Positions 1 through 13,538 of a DNA stretch of 64,000 nt are shown piece by piece (the first letter of the stretch is position 1; the number at the start of each line of letters is the position of its first letter). The DNA comes from Oculina patagonica (lineage: Eukaryota), in the NCBI RefSeq assembly GCF_052425735.1, contig NC_135769.1, positions 2,046,001 through 2,110,000 of the forward strand, written 5' to 3'. The translations under genes and the position numbers were made by a program. The notes beneath the pieces were generated by a model that saw only the letters and a list, made by a program, of their open reading frames with translations, did not search any database and was not told the origin of the DNA.

Positions 1-2942
1 GTGATACTGTATGTTGGGATGGGAAATGCCTTCCCTGCTGCGAATAAAGCCACCAGCCTCAAGATGTGCAGTGGCACACGGGCCAGTCCTGGTAAGGAAC
101 CACTTGACTCCAATAGGAACCATGTTATACCACTTGAGTGAGCGGTACAAACTTAGCGGCTGAGTACATTCCTGAAATGTGATCACAATGGGGTATATAT
201 TACATCATTTGAAGGTGTTAATTTCATCTCTTACCAAAGGAGGGATTGGTGCAGCATGTCCTACTTGAAATTTTTTTGTCCAAAAACACAACGCAAACCA
301 CCCTGGCTGGCTTGCCACTCCAAGGCAAACCAGAAATCCTAAAATTCAAAAATGCATCAGGGCTCGAAAAAAAGTATGACCTCAACCTTTTTCTTCTCCA
401 GGCAAGCAGCTATCAAATTGTGCTTTCCTGGGGCAGTTGCATGTTTATTTTATACAATTTTAATATTATTATTTTTTAACAACTTAGACAGCCCATTATA
501 CAATTGAAAATAAAAAGTTACCAGGGTACTTGCCTTGCAGGGAAATCTATAGGGTATACTTGTCCCAAATGACTGGTCGACACTTTTTTTGCACCCTGTA
601 CATGCCAATTAGGAACAAGAATGTAATTTATTTATGTACAGGCTTAGAAGCTTACAGAATGACTTAAAGGATATGTACAACGTACACATAAAGCACACTA
701 CAAACCTGGTGAAAATACATTTCTAAATGATCCTGAAAGTTCTGGCCCACACCAGGAAGATGAACATTCACAGGGATACCAAGCTTCTTCAAGTCATCAG
801 CATTTCCAATACCAGACAAATTTAATATCTGTGGCGTATTAATCGCTCCAGCAGATAAAATAACTCCCTTCCTAGCCATAGCTCGCTTCACTTGACTGCC
901 TACAAAGTATTCAACACCTACAGCACGGTTCTTCTCAAAGATCACTCTGGTGATCAACGTTCTTGTGTCTGCTTTAAGGTTTTTACGCTTCAGCGCAGGT
1001 CTAAGGTATGCATTTGCTGTATTCCATCGTACTCCCTTGTGAATTGTCATGTCTTTCCAACCAAATCCTTCTTGTTGATAGCCATTTATGTCTTCTGTGA
1101 AGGGATAGCCAGCTTGGACGCCTGCGTCAATAAATGCTTGGTATAGAGGATTGTTTGATTTCCCGCGTGATACATGGAGAGGACCATCGCCTCCTCTGTA
1201 ATCATCAGGACCTACAGGAATAAATCAATAAACCAACAATTTGAAAATAAAATTAATTGGCCATTAGATTATGCAGAAAGTTTCAATCTCCCATAAACAC
1301 TTTGATGAAGTTTCTCAGCTTCACTGAATCATCCTGTGTCAGTATCCAATGTGAATCAACAGCAACTAAACAGTTTAGACAGACATGAACAGAAAAAAAT
1401 CTTTATATTGGAAACCTGTGAATCTGATTAGTTCTCCCATTGTTTTATTCGCTGACATAACACAATCATTTGTTAGTTGCTCTTTTAAGGGGCAATTATT
1501 CTAGATTTTGGCTTACAAATACCAAAAATTGTAGGTTTTGGACTGCAATCCTTTAGAGTTTCTACTAAAACAATTAGACTACTCATCCTTGTTCTCTATG
1601 ACAATTCAACTCGGCTGCTCCTCGTTGTCTATTCACTCATAGAAAATTTGGGCTCATAGTTTTTTTAAGTTGATGCACCTCACAGTTTTTGTATGGCCAT
1701 CAGGGAAGATAACTAATTTATTACATTATATAATTCTTAAAAGCAAATTACACTTTACCTAATTCATGGGTCTGGGACTTCCTAAAGTATGGCAAACAGT
1801 CGGCATATGACCAGCCTTCAGCACCTTCCTTCTCCCAGTTATCATAATCATAAGCATGACCTCTGATATACACCATAGCATTCAGTGATGACGATCCACC
1901 CCACACTCTCCCTCTAGGTTGATAGATTCGCCTGAAAAGAAATTGAACGCAATTTAAAAGTTTTACAACTTGAGTACCGGTAATTCGTTATGATATAATA
2001 TAAAAATCATAGCTAAAAATAATTAAGAGGAAAAAGCAACAGGCACCACCAATGACATTTGATCAGATGGCCAGTTCTTCTCTGCAAATTTGCAAGCCAG
2101 GCTTTAACAGTGGCACTTTGCCTTTGATACTGGTAAGGAATTCTTAGGCTTTTCACAAAATGTTACCAAAAATCAACCCTCCAAGTTAAGACCATTTTAG
2201 TCACCATGGCGACTAAAATGACCAAACTTTTAGATCAGAGTGGAGACTAAATTGGAACTGAAGTTTCCAGACTGGCAACCAAAATTGAGAAGAAGGATTG
2301 AAAGCGTGAGCTTAATTTAGCAACTAAAATTTTTCACTGGTGACCAAACTTGAGGAGTCAGTGGCCAAATGGCCACTAACAAAGAAAATATACTTGGAGG
2401 GTTGAAAATATAGGCTCACTAAACACCAATCTGACATTTTAATAATGTAATAATTTTAATACTTAAAATACCTGTTGTCCATAAACTCTTGAGGCTCTGT
2501 CTCATAATACCAGTTGTATTTATTATCACAAAGATTATATATAAGCGCAGCCGGCATGTGAATCTTCCATGTCCAATCTTTAGGTCCTGCCTCAAGTAAA
2601 AGAACTTTGTCTTCAGGGTTTGCCGACAGACGGTTTGCCAGAACACAGCCCGCAGATCCTGCTCCACAAATAATGTAGTCGTGGATTGAAGAGAACTTTA
2701 TTGTGCCAGTACCAGAAAGAAAACATTTTTGTTGGAAAGTAGGGCGATGGACTAGAAGGCCAAAAAAAGAAAATTTATCAAAATACAGAAAAATAAGGTA
2801 AAAATTAAAATCAAACTGGTTAATAAAATTTGTGAAATAAAAAATTAATCCACAACATGTACATGTACCCACCTTTTATCATACGAAATGTGGATGCCAG
2901 ACTTTTATTAAAGCATTTTTTAAGAGTCAAGAAGGAGGCCAT
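1..2942 (-). CDS. CHDH: Choline dehydrogenase-like GMC oxidoreductase, copy A (3' part lies outside the window). Coding exons 2942-2873, 2751-2472, 1931-1759, 1211-706, 171-<1
   Basis: Presequence [23 protein letters not shown]; FAD motif [18 protein letters not shown]; [16 protein letters not shown]; [10 protein letters not shown]; NIQYH. GT-AG boundaries, phases and internal exon lengths (173, 506 nt) match the other copies. Confidence 0.9.
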
Positions 2943-3740
2943 GACCTTTGCCTAGCAAAATTCTGGAATTAAAAATAATGTAAAAAATAAAATGGAATTA
3001 TACAATTATTCAGTTTAAAAAAAAAAAAAAAAAAATTAAAAAAGTTTTTCGGGACCACAGAAGAAGAAAGTAAGGTGTTGGGGGGGGGGGAGGAGAAGAG
3101 AGGAAAAAAAAGAAGAGGGGAGGAAGAAAAAAAAAAAAAAGGGGGACGGGCCCCCCCCCCCCCCCCCCCAAAGATGGTGGGTTGAAACTTGAAAGAATGG
3201 CATGTTGAACAATAGAAAATTGCACAACAATTTTTTGTTATTACAAATTTATCTACATTCTCACACTGTTAATCCCATTTGAATTGAACATTAAACTTTT
3301 CGTATAAATATATACATTATTATCATTATTATTATTATTTGAATCTTATCCAGCAGTTCTGACAAGAGTGTGATAATTAAACTATTACCTTTATACTACC
3401 TTTATACTAATGCGCTTTTGCTCATTTACATGTTAAAAAGCGCAATATAAATTCATAAATTATGATTAATTATAAATTTGTTAAATGCAAGGATAAAAGG
3501 GGACCGCCCATCATTGAAGGGGTATTGAATGGTTTTTGCTAGCATGCAAGCACAGTGTTTTTCTTTGCAAGCACAAGCATTGACAGAAGATAGATCTATA
3601 TCAAGTTAGCCTTGCAAGCAATGAATACTTTTCAAAAAGCTATCTCCACTAAAACCAAGCATGCAAGCACTCGTGAAAATAAGCAAACAAGCACCCACTA
3701 AAATTCTGCGAGCATTCCGAGCAGAGGCCTAATTTCGACC

Positions 3741-4078
3741 CCCAGGGGGGTACTCCGGGACCTAAGTGACGGGGATGTGCGAAGGATTTTTTTGGGGTCG
3801 AAATTTTCGATTCCAGGATTTTTTGGGTAGGAGAATTTGGCAGGTATTTTTGGGGTTACTTGATTTAAATAGGGGATTTTTTTGGGTATTAAAATCAAAC
3901 TAAAGTGCCTTGGCGCGGCCTTGGCAATTAAGTGGTAATTTGACTAGGGATTTTTTTGGGCGTTTTTTGGTCCAGGGATTTTTTGGGTAATGTCGGGAGA
4001 CTTAGGGATTTTTTGGGTCCTGAGTTTTGCCTCCATTCGATCATCCCCGTCACTTTGATCCCGGAGTACCCCCCTGGG
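3741..4078. mobile_element. MITE with CCC(A/G)GGGGGGTACT termini, 8-bp TSD
   Basis: TIRs plus TSD TTTCGACC. Confidence 0.8.
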
Positions 4079-4182
4079 TTTCGACCCCTCCTTGTTCCCC
4101 AACCCCCTCCCCCTTAAATGCACCCAGGGCTGCGCAAAATACCCACACTAACGCCAGCCAATTAGATTAATCAGTGTACTTA

Positions 4183-4582
4183 GGCCCGGTTCAGACGCCG
4201 ATCTTTTCATGAGCCGAAACTAATTCCTTGAATTAAGTACATGAAAAGATCGGCGTCTGAATTACATTAGAACGGCCATTTCAATTTGGAACGGCTCACC
4301 CGTTCTTCCCGCCTGGCTTGGCCGAGAATTTCGCCTGTGGAACGCCTTTGGAACGGCTTTGATTCAGACGCCGTACTTTTCATGTGCCGATCCTAATTCA
4401 TAAATAATTATTATAATGTATTTTGACAACTTTGATTGGTTTTATAGGAACTGTATTAGGAACGGCCTTGGAACGGCCAAAAAGTACGGCATCTGAATCA
4501 AGAGGCGTACTTTTGTCAATTTGGGTCGGTCCAAACTCGAATTGAGTTCGGCTCATGAAAAGTACGGCGTCTGAATAGGGCC
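4183..4582. mobile_element. PIF/Harbinger-type MITE
   Basis: TIR GGCCC(G/T)(G/A)TTCAGACGCCG; TTA TSD on both sides. Confidence 0.8.
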
Positions 4583-4981
4583 TTACTCAAAGTTAGGGTT
4601 GAGTGGATAAGACTGAGTTTGTCATTCAGCTTTAACTTTCAGTGTTTGAATACTTACAGAATAGCAAAATTTACTACATACAGGCAAAATTGCAGTAAAA
4701 TTTGATTTCTTATGCAATAATGAGCAATTATAGCTTTAAAGAGAACTCTGATGTCAAGATCTAGGCGTTTGAAAGTGACCTAGTTCTCGCTTTTCTCATC
4801 ACAATTTTTTTGCAAGATCATTCTGATCGTTTTTTTTTTTTTCACCAGTGCAGTAAAACCACTGACACCAGATCGCATACCATGTGCACACCGCACGCGA
4901 ATCGCCGGGCACAATCCGCTAAAGTTTCACGATTTTGCTAAGTAAAACTAAACTAAAGCACCAAAACAAAAAGCTACTTAC

Positions 4982-5210
4982 CTGAGACGGTCACTGGGCT
5001 GACAAGAAGAAAATACTAGTGCTTGTGAAAATGATCTGAACTGTTGCAAGAGGATTCAAGGTACACACAGCACACTTCTTGAGAAGGCTGGAAACTAGTA
5101 CCGACGTTTGAGCCGACTGCTGGCCGATGCCTTACGATTACATAACGAGGGCTAAACGAAGATCATTTTTTCAGCTGCAGTATTAGAAAGAAAACGTAAA
5201 TCTTCATATC
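4982..5210 (-). other. Probable non-coding first (5'UTR) exon of gene A
   Basis: Strong donor CAG|GTAAGT at 4981; stops in all frames; similar to 22952-23150 upstream of gene C. Confidence 0.55.
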
Positions 5211-5454
5211 TTAAAAGAAAATTGTGTAAAATAAATTTGTAGATGACACTATTTTTCTGAGAACTTTTGTGATATTTGTGAGAGCGGACGAAAGTGACGT
5301 GACATGACAAATCATGTTCGATGGCGTGACACAGCCGAGTGGCGTGACACCATTTTATGTATCCATGCGGCAGAAGTCCGATCTTCGATCTTCTTTAACC
5401 GCACGGCGTCAGAAATCCAATCAATTTAAGCATGGTTATCCACTCAAGCAGCCT
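5210..5454. promoter_or_regulatory. Putative bidirectional promoter of genes A/B plus the 5'UTR exon of B (donor CCT|GTAAGT at 5455)
   Basis: CpG-rich interval between divergent genes; TGGCGTGACAC at 5322 and 5340; GTGACGTGAC at 5294. Confidence 0.5.
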
Positions 5455-5787
5455 GTAAGTGTTGGAATATCACGTTAAAGGATGCTGTATTTTCTTTTGG
5501 AGTTTTGCAAGGTTAGCTAGATTAGAGTGCGTGCTGTTCACAGGTTTCAAAGACTCGCAAGTTTATGCAAGCGAGCACTCGTATAATTTTCTCTTAGAAT
5601 TATTAAGTGAAAATGTGGAAAAGGGTTTTGGGTATCGTAATCTGGACACAGCAAATTTTAAATATATATGTTCTGGCATTGTATCTGTTCTGGTGGTACC
5701 GGGGTTAGCTGAGATTAGATTGCAAAATTGTTATTTTGGGAAAATCGTTGCGTGACAGCACACAGTCGGCCTCGGATCATTACCTCA

Positions 5788-5788
<1 letters not shown>

Positions 5789-5819
<31 letters not shown>

Positions 5820-6359
5820 CTTTATTTAAACACATGTCACCAATGAGCCTGGGGCTCGTTTAAAAGTGAACGTGTATTCTAAAAGTTACAATGTAAAAAA
5901 TTTAAATATGATTATCTATTCAATAAAAATACAAAAATTAGACTATAAAATTTAAAATTTAAAAACTAGACTATAAAAATTTAAAAACTACGTAGACAAT
6001 AAAATTTAAAAATGTAAACTAATCGATACAAAGATTACAGCAGCAGCTGGCCTCGGTGGTCAGGTTAACATTGTTCAGTAAATTTTTAAATATTCTAAGA
6101 GAGGACGCTCCTCTTGTATTGTCAGGTAAGTTGTTCCATAAACGTGAAGTTATGTAGCGATAAGATTTATGTAAAAACTTTGATTTAAAAGCAGGCTGAT
6201 TAAGCTTACAATAGCCTCTTAGATCATAATTGCTAGAACGCAATGAGAACAATTCCTTGATGTAGCTTGGCCCGGTAATAAATAAAGATTTATAAAGGAA
6301 GATTAGGGCTTGCGTGTATCTGCGATGCTCCAGGGACTTAATGTTTACCATCTTTCCAA
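5789..6359 (-). mobile_element. 5'-truncated LINE (CR1/L2-group) 3' end
   Basis: ORF 6019-6351 LEHRR...LYK...SNYDLRG...RLWNNLP typical of the ORF2 C-terminus; (TAC)n tail at 5789-5819; TSD TACCTCAT. Confidence 0.8.
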
Positions 6360-6985
6360 TACCTCATTCCAGGTATTGCTGTCATTCTCTCGTTTTCTAA
6401 AGAATCTGAGAGTCTGGAGCAAATAGGAAAGGACGTTTATGTATATCAGGGGTACTAATGGATATACAATAATTCATAAAAATGAGGCCTTGTCAAAAGT
6501 CCTTGTGCAACATCGCCAAACGCTTCTTCTGAAGCGTTGCGTGACGTCCGAAAGTTATGATTCTATAGGTACTTGGAAACGTTTTGGTGGGAGTGCACCG
6601 CTGGGTTCTAGGAATCTCTACCCCGTCTCAGACGGTAATTGAGTTAGACTAAACTAAGACTAAAAAGTTAAATTGTATAACCCATCTCAGACAAGAAGTG
6701 AAGAGGATGGTTTTCTTTTTAATTTTTTCCACAATACTACAACATCTGTTGATTATTTTAGTGCATTTCAAAACGAACAGTTTTTGGTAAAACAGAAAGA
6801 AGTAACTTGGACATAATTTTTCCCATGTAGCGACTAAAAGGACTTGGAAGATCAGAAATGGGAACCCATATCCAGCAGCACATACCCATATAGTGTATAT
6901 AAGGTTGTACCCCCCCGGGGGAATTCTATACACGTGTATTCCCAATAACTTTTGAATTTCAGGTGATGAAACACATGTGAATGTA

Positions 6986-9900
6986 ATGACCTCATTGATG
7001 CGCAAAAGATTGCTCCTGAAAAGGCTGGGCATTGGCATTGCACTTCATGTTCTAGAGGGCAAGTATCTTAAGTTTGGTATCTTATCCAGCCCACTGTGCC
7101 TCTACCATTGATCTCAATTACGTGCTTCAATCATTTAGCTGACCTTTAATGATTTTTGTAATCTATTTTCACGCAGCCCACAGCCCAAAATTCCATCGAA
7201 GATGTTTGCAGTCCACCATGACGTTCTCTTCAACCCACGACTACATTATTTGTGGAGCAGGATCTGCAGGCTGTGTTCTGGCAAACCGTCTGTCGGCAAA
7301 CCCTGAAGACAAAGTTCTTTTACTTGAGGCAGGACCTAAGGATTGGACATGGAAGATCCACATGCCAGCTGCGCTTATGTATAATCTTTGGGACACGAAA
7401 TACAACTGGTATTACGAGACAGAGCCACAAGAGTTTATGGATAATAGGTATAGAATTAATCATGATCATTCTAACTAAGCAAGGTCTTCAAAGTTCGGAT
7501 CAAATGCAGCGAGGAAAAAGGCGAAGGTCGATATTCTCCCAGTATGGTCCTGAACAAGCCTTATTCGCCGTGTCAAAACATTCTAATTGGCTAATGTTAG
7601 TTATTGGACTTCTCAGCTGTGTTAGGGATGGACCTTACGGGTGGGGGGTTGAGGATGAGCAATTACCCCCCCCCCCCCAAAAAAAAAAAAGAAGAAAGAA
7701 ACAGGAAAAGTATAGGGAAAAAAATTCACGCACAGCAAGCCAAAGGTAAAGCTGCCCAAGCTAAGGGTGAAAAAAGTTGCGGAAACACAAGTCGGAAACA
7801 ATTCTAGCCCACCCCCCCACCCCCGCCCAAAAAACATAATAATAAAATGGTCCAACCCTTAGTTGCGTAATAACGTAACAGCAGAGGGAAACGAGAACTA
7901 GAAATTTCAGAACTTTATTTGCTTGATTCTAGCAGTAGGTTATCAAAAATAATATTTCGAGCAGACAAAGCACTCAGTTTGCCTGGTAATTGTCTTGTAC
8001 CTTACATGTAAGGTACAAGAAGAAACTAGCTTGTCGAAGAAACTAGCTTGTCTTAGCTATATTAAATTCGAGGGTAAATAAAGTTTTATGTTATGTTATG
8101 TTATGAAATTAACTATCGGAAGATCTTCTATCGAGTAATATGAGGTCATATATAGACAATCAGTTGTCCGAGGAAATGACAATTTTTTTCCTTTTTTTGT
8201 TTTTTGCTTTTTGCTTTTTTTTGTTGTTGTTATTGTTGTTGTTTTTTTTGCTTTTCTGATAGAGTCATTTAAACTCTTAAACTTTGGTCATCACAAGTTA
8301 TTTTTTCTAGACGCATCTACCAACCTAGAGGGAGAGTATGGGGTGGATCGTCATCTCTGAATTCCATGGTGTACGTCAGAGGTCATGCTTATGATTATGA
8401 TCGCTGGGTAAAGGAAGGTGCTGAAGGCTGGTCATATGCTGACTGTTTGCCATACTTTAAAAAGTCCCAGACCCATGAATTAGGTACGATTTTGGTTTTC
8501 CATGGTTAGACAATTCTTCATGATATTTAAATCGTTTTAAAAAAGATATTTAACATTTGATTTTAGTTCCAAAACGTAATAACAAATTAAGTTATCCCAG
8601 GCCTGGAATAAACCAGGTGGGCTGTAGGATTCTGTCAGGAAGAGTTTTGTGTCAAGAGAGAATTTAGCTGCCCCGCCTTCTACCAATAATGCCCACAAAA
8701 CCCCTAGATGGACATCTGACAAAAAACGGTCGGCTTTCCGACATAGAGGACCACCATCTACGATAAGAAATCGCTGCGTCGCGGTCGTAATGCACACACC
8801 ACCTGACAGGAAATAGAACATCGTTACAGTGGTTGTTTCTTAGGCGACAGATCCTGAGAACACATCGAACCAAATAACATCTCACATCATATGAAGACAA
8901 CAACCAAATTAGACATTTTGTTTGATGCTCCTGTCAAATTCAGAAAAACGAAGTCACAGTAGATCGATACGTTACATTTATGTAGAATCTGATCTAAACT
9001 TTGAGGTCTCTGAGACTGTGACACCAACTTCAGCTAAAGACTTCATCAGCCTGGTGTGCCAGACCTTTTGGATCTTTCAAGAGGACCCTTTAGACACGAG
9101 AAAGGCCCGAGTGACACCTGAAGTTACACCTTGACCAGAGGTGTGGGTCTTTGACTGGGCGTGTAAGAACCCAGCAGTAAACTTACTTCGTAAGGTTAGC
9201 AAGGGGGAGAGGTTTTGCTACTGAAGTAAAGATCTTTAATAGGAATTTGAAAGTCAATGAAGAACAAAAAAATCACCACAAACAAAAAGGATGAATACGG
9301 GCGGCTACAAGAAGAGCATCGGCACGAAAATATAGTTAATGTAAGACTACTGAGTTGCTTGCTATCGAAATAAGTCGAGAACAAGACTCAGATTTCTACC
9401 TGAAATAGCGAGATAGATTATAATACAGCAAGATGCTAAATAAGTCTAAGTAGGTTAATTTTTTTAAATTTCCGTAGGTCCAGATGATTACAGAGGAGGC
9501 GATGGCCCTGTCCATGTATCACGTGGAAAATCAAACAATCCTCTATACCAAGCATTTATTGACGCAGGCATCCAAGCTGGCTATCCCTTCACAGAAGACA
9601 TGAATGGCTATCAACAAGAAGGATTTGGTTGGATGGACATGACAGTCTACAAAGGTGTACGGTGGAGTGCAGCAAATGCGTATCTCAGACCTGCGCTTAA
9701 GCGTAAAAACCTTCGAGCTAAAACAAGAGCAATGATCACAAAGATTGTGTTTGAAAACAACAAAGCTGAAGGTATCGAGTACGACTTAGACAGTCAAGTG
9801 AAGCGGGCCCGGGCTAGGAAAGGAGTTATTTTAGCCGGTGGAGCAATTAACACACCACAGATACTGAACTTGTCTGGTATTGGAAACGCTGACGATTTGC

Positions 9901-10100
9901 GGAAGCTTGGTATTCCTGTGAAAGTCCATCTTCCTGGTGTAGGATACAACCTGCAAGATCATTTGGACGTGTCTATACATCAGGTTTGTACCTATGCACG
10001 AAAAGTTGGCTTTCAACCGCCGACCGGTTAGCTTAGTTAGCTTTAGTTGGTAGAGCGCCGGACTACCGTGTGGGAGGTCTCGGGTTTGATTCCCAGACCA

Positions 10101-10136
<36 letters not shown>

Positions 10137-13100
10137 TATGTTGCCTTTGCAATGACATCTGCAATAATACCGCTTTGACGTTTATCAAAGGTGTGACCAA
10201 GGTACAGTAAAAGATGACCGTGACTCGTGTCAAGGGAACCTTTGATACGCTTTAAATCTGTTATAACTTTGAAGAACGTCAAATCCCTGTCAAAGGCGAC
10301 ATTAAAAGACTTGATAACTTTTGACATCTGTATCAAAGATAATCATCATTCTTTGCTTCACTTTTGATTCGACAAAGCCGACTTCTTGTGCCGAAGCTAC
10401 CAAGATCCGACCAGGTTTTGAAGCAGAATTGAAGACTCTGAAGCCTGCATAAGATGAATAGATGGGAACAGTTGACAGACCAAGCCCCTGCATGATTCCC
10501 CACCCGTTACTTAGGTCCTACATCCCGCTACATCCCATAAGCAAAATGTTTCCTAGTGTGCAAGCTCTTTTTGGCCATCAGAAGTTGAATATGGCAAGTA
10601 ACAATAACCACCATTTTGGTGGGATGTTGTTTTTATCTTTGCGCTTGTCCAAACAACTAGTTAATTCTCTCTTCTGTTCCTTAATCCAGATAGAAATAAA
10701 TTCTAAAAATGTTTTAGTGGGAGGAAACCCAGAAAAAAAACCTTGTAGCAACGCTGAGAACCAGCATCAAATTAAATCTGACTCACGTATGGAATCTGAT
10801 TCAAATCTGATTCACGTATGGAATGTGATTCAAATCTGATTCACGTATACCGAAATACAGTTAGTGGTTATAAGCGTGCCGTAAACGACTTTGTAAACCC
10901 GGCCCTACGTCCTGGTGATAATCCATGTGATAACAACTACGTTAACCTGTGATAACTTTCTCACGGTAACTCCCAAGTGATATCCCTTTGAAGTAAATCC
11001 TCCATTGTGATCACTTTTCAGGAATGTACACAGCCCTTAACTTTGTACCGCTCACTCAAGTGGTGGAACATGGTTCCTATTGGAGCCAAGTGGTTCTTAA
11101 CCCGGACTGGTCCGTGTGCCACTGGACATATTGAGGCTGGTGGCTTTATTCGCAGCAAGGAAGGCATCTCCCATTCTAACATCCAATACCACTTTCTACC
11201 CTTAGCTTACAAAGATCACGGTAGAGTGATTTTACAGAAAGAAGCCTTTCAAGTAAGAACATGATGTGTTTTATGATTTATCCTTACATTGCCTCAGTCT
11301 TTAATCTCAATGGCTGAATGGGAGGGAAAGGAAGCACCTAGTGAGAGCAAATATTATACCTCATTGGTGCTTACTTTCGCGGGTACTTAATTTCGCGACT
11401 TTGGCGAGACAGTATTTTGCGGGGTTTTATTTCAACGATTTGGCCAAAAAGGACGTTAAAAGCATTAAAAATAAATCAAAAACTTATGTTTCGCGGTTTT
11501 TGAGAATCGCGAAAATCGCGAAATTAAAGGCCCGTGAAATGAAGTAGAGGTGCTAAAGGAATCTAACTTGCTGTTTTTATACTTTAATTTAGTTTACAGT
11601 ACACAAAGCGTATTCTAAAACGTTAATTAGCGTCCCAATAAAATGAATCTTATTGAATTATGGCTGCTCTTGTCGTATCCCCTTTTTTTAGAATAAAATA
11701 ATTTTAGCAAGCGGGGTAACGCATTCATTCGGCTCAATTTTCCAATTCTTTTCTACGTTTTAAGGTATTTTTCTGTTCCTTGCGGACCACAAGTAAAGAG
11801 CATCGAAACCATATCATTTTACAGCCTTTTTCAGTTTCTGTTTTGTTTTCAAGGTTCACATTGGCTCCCTTCGAGCTCAGAGTCGTGGATATGTGAGGCT
11901 GAAGTCTTTGGATCCATATGACCATCCCATCATCAACCCCAACTACCTGTCCACTGAAGAAGATAGAGTGGAGTTAAGAGATGCTGTTCGACTAACCAGG
12001 GAAATCATCAAGCAGAAGGCTTTTGATCCTTTTCGCGGGAAGGAACTACAACCAGGTAAATGCACATCAATAGTTGATATACTTTCTTTGCAGCGTATCA
12101 TTTTTTGACACTTGTCACACAACACATCTCGTTTGAAGTACAGTCATCTCTCTCTAAGACGGACACCGTCGGGACCGGCCCCAACTGTCCGTCTTAGAGA
12201 GGTGTCCGTCTTATAGAGAGTCGAGGTAATGTGACACCAGAAATTCTGAGATAATAAAGATAAATGGCTATGCACAATCTTATGAATACACGTCTGTTTA
12301 AAGTCTGTTTAAAGTCGCTTACGTTAGCAAAACCTTCAAACTGGGACAAAAATATTAGAAAGAAAATTTACTCGTTTGCTCATTACAATGGATAATTTAC
12401 TGCTTCTGAGAAGTAAGCAGTACATACATGTTGCATACTAAACATGTCCATATGTATTCGCTTGTTAATGCGAACGTTCACGATTTATACTAGTTTAAAA
12501 ACTTAACTGTACACTTTTCAAAATACTAAAGAGACCGTATTCGTGCGTTGAAGCAAAAGTTGAGACCTTTTACAAGCTGTAAGTCAGTGGAAAACTTCCT
12601 CTTGTTACCCATACACTTAAGTAGAGAGGTAATGCGTTATAGCAGATTTTTTTGATAGGTTTGGTATCTTAAAGGCGCTGACTAACTTTGCTTTATGTCG
12701 ATACGAAGTTTTGAAGTATTATTCACTAAAAAAAAAACACTTAATGTGCGTGTCCGTTGGTAGCCGTCGTCTCTCTCCCCGAACGCAGCAAGCGGATCGG
12801 AGCGTGAGAGGCGGCTGTTTTCGCAGGCTAGTCCGTTGGCGGTTTCAAAGTGTCCGTTGTCCGTCTCAGAGAGGTTTCCGTCTTATAGGGAGTTTTGTCG
12901 GTTGCAGTAAAATGACTGAAAAACGGCAGGGACCATCATCAGGTGTCCGTTTTATGGAGGTGTCCGTTAAGAGAGAGTTGACTGTACTTTGTTTTGTATG
13001 TGTTTGTGGTGAGCCAGAAGAGTATCTTTGACGCAGGTTAAACCAGGTTAAGGTTAAACGACGCCAAGTCTTTACATGGGCCACTTATGCTTTCATTATT

Positions 13101-13538
13101 TTTGGAAACATTTTGCTCTTTCCTTCAATCCTTTTTGGTTCTAACATCAAGTTGTTCCTCATAGAAGACCACTTTTTACGTTTACTCAGTAATCGCACTT
13201 GACGCGTCTTTGTTTTTCAAGGTGACCATGTTCAAACAGATGAGCAAATTGATGCCTGGGTGCGACAAAATGCCGACACTGTTTATCACCCATCATGCAC
13301 GTGCAAGATGGGTGCCGAAGATGACCCGATGGCTGTCGTCAATAACAAAACGGAGGTCTTCGGAGTGGAAAATCTGAGGATTGTTGACGCGTCAATAATG
13401 CCGAGCATTGTGAGCGGAAATCTTAATGGACCAACCATTATGATCGCAGAGAAAGCAGCTGATGTTATATTAGAAAATCCACCCCTGCCTAAATCAACTG
13501 CACCAGTGTACAGGACGCCAGAAAAGGGACAGAGATAG
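6986..13538 (+). CDS. CHDH: Choline dehydrogenase-like GMC oxidoreductase, copy B (~590 aa). Exons 6986-7058, 7177-7447, 8311-8483, 9478-9983, 11022-11252, 11854-12055, 13222-13538
   Basis: Spliced ORF of 1773 nt: [14 protein letters not shown] presequence, [32 protein letters not shown] (catalytic His), [14 protein letters not shown] (catalytic Asn). The first coding intron is GC-AG. Confidence 0.9.
10016..10165 (+). mobile_element. tRNA-derived SINE fragment
   Basis: A-box-like TAGTTGGTAGAGCG and B-box-like GGTTTGATTCC, followed by a non-tRNA body. Confidence 0.65.
10773..10848. repeat. Short tandem repeat with a ~29-bp unit AAATCTGATTCACGTATGGAATCTGATTC
   Basis: About 2.6 copies visible. 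Confidence 0.7.
12141..12984. mobile_element. Tc1/mariner-type non-autonomous element
   Basis: TA|CAGTCATCTCTCTC...GAGAGAGTTGACTG|TA; internal ACGGACACC/GGTGTCCGT repeats. Confidence 0.8.

Noticed and set aside
3010-3230. Short ORFs rich in Gly/Pro/Phe/Lys (also 7604-7855, 24678-24917, 35067-35314)
   Set aside because: They arise from homopolymer G/C/A tracts and MITE ends, with no coding signal
4982-5210. First coding exon of gene A
   Set aside because: Stop codons in all three frames; a better ATG exon with the correct phase exists at 2942-2873
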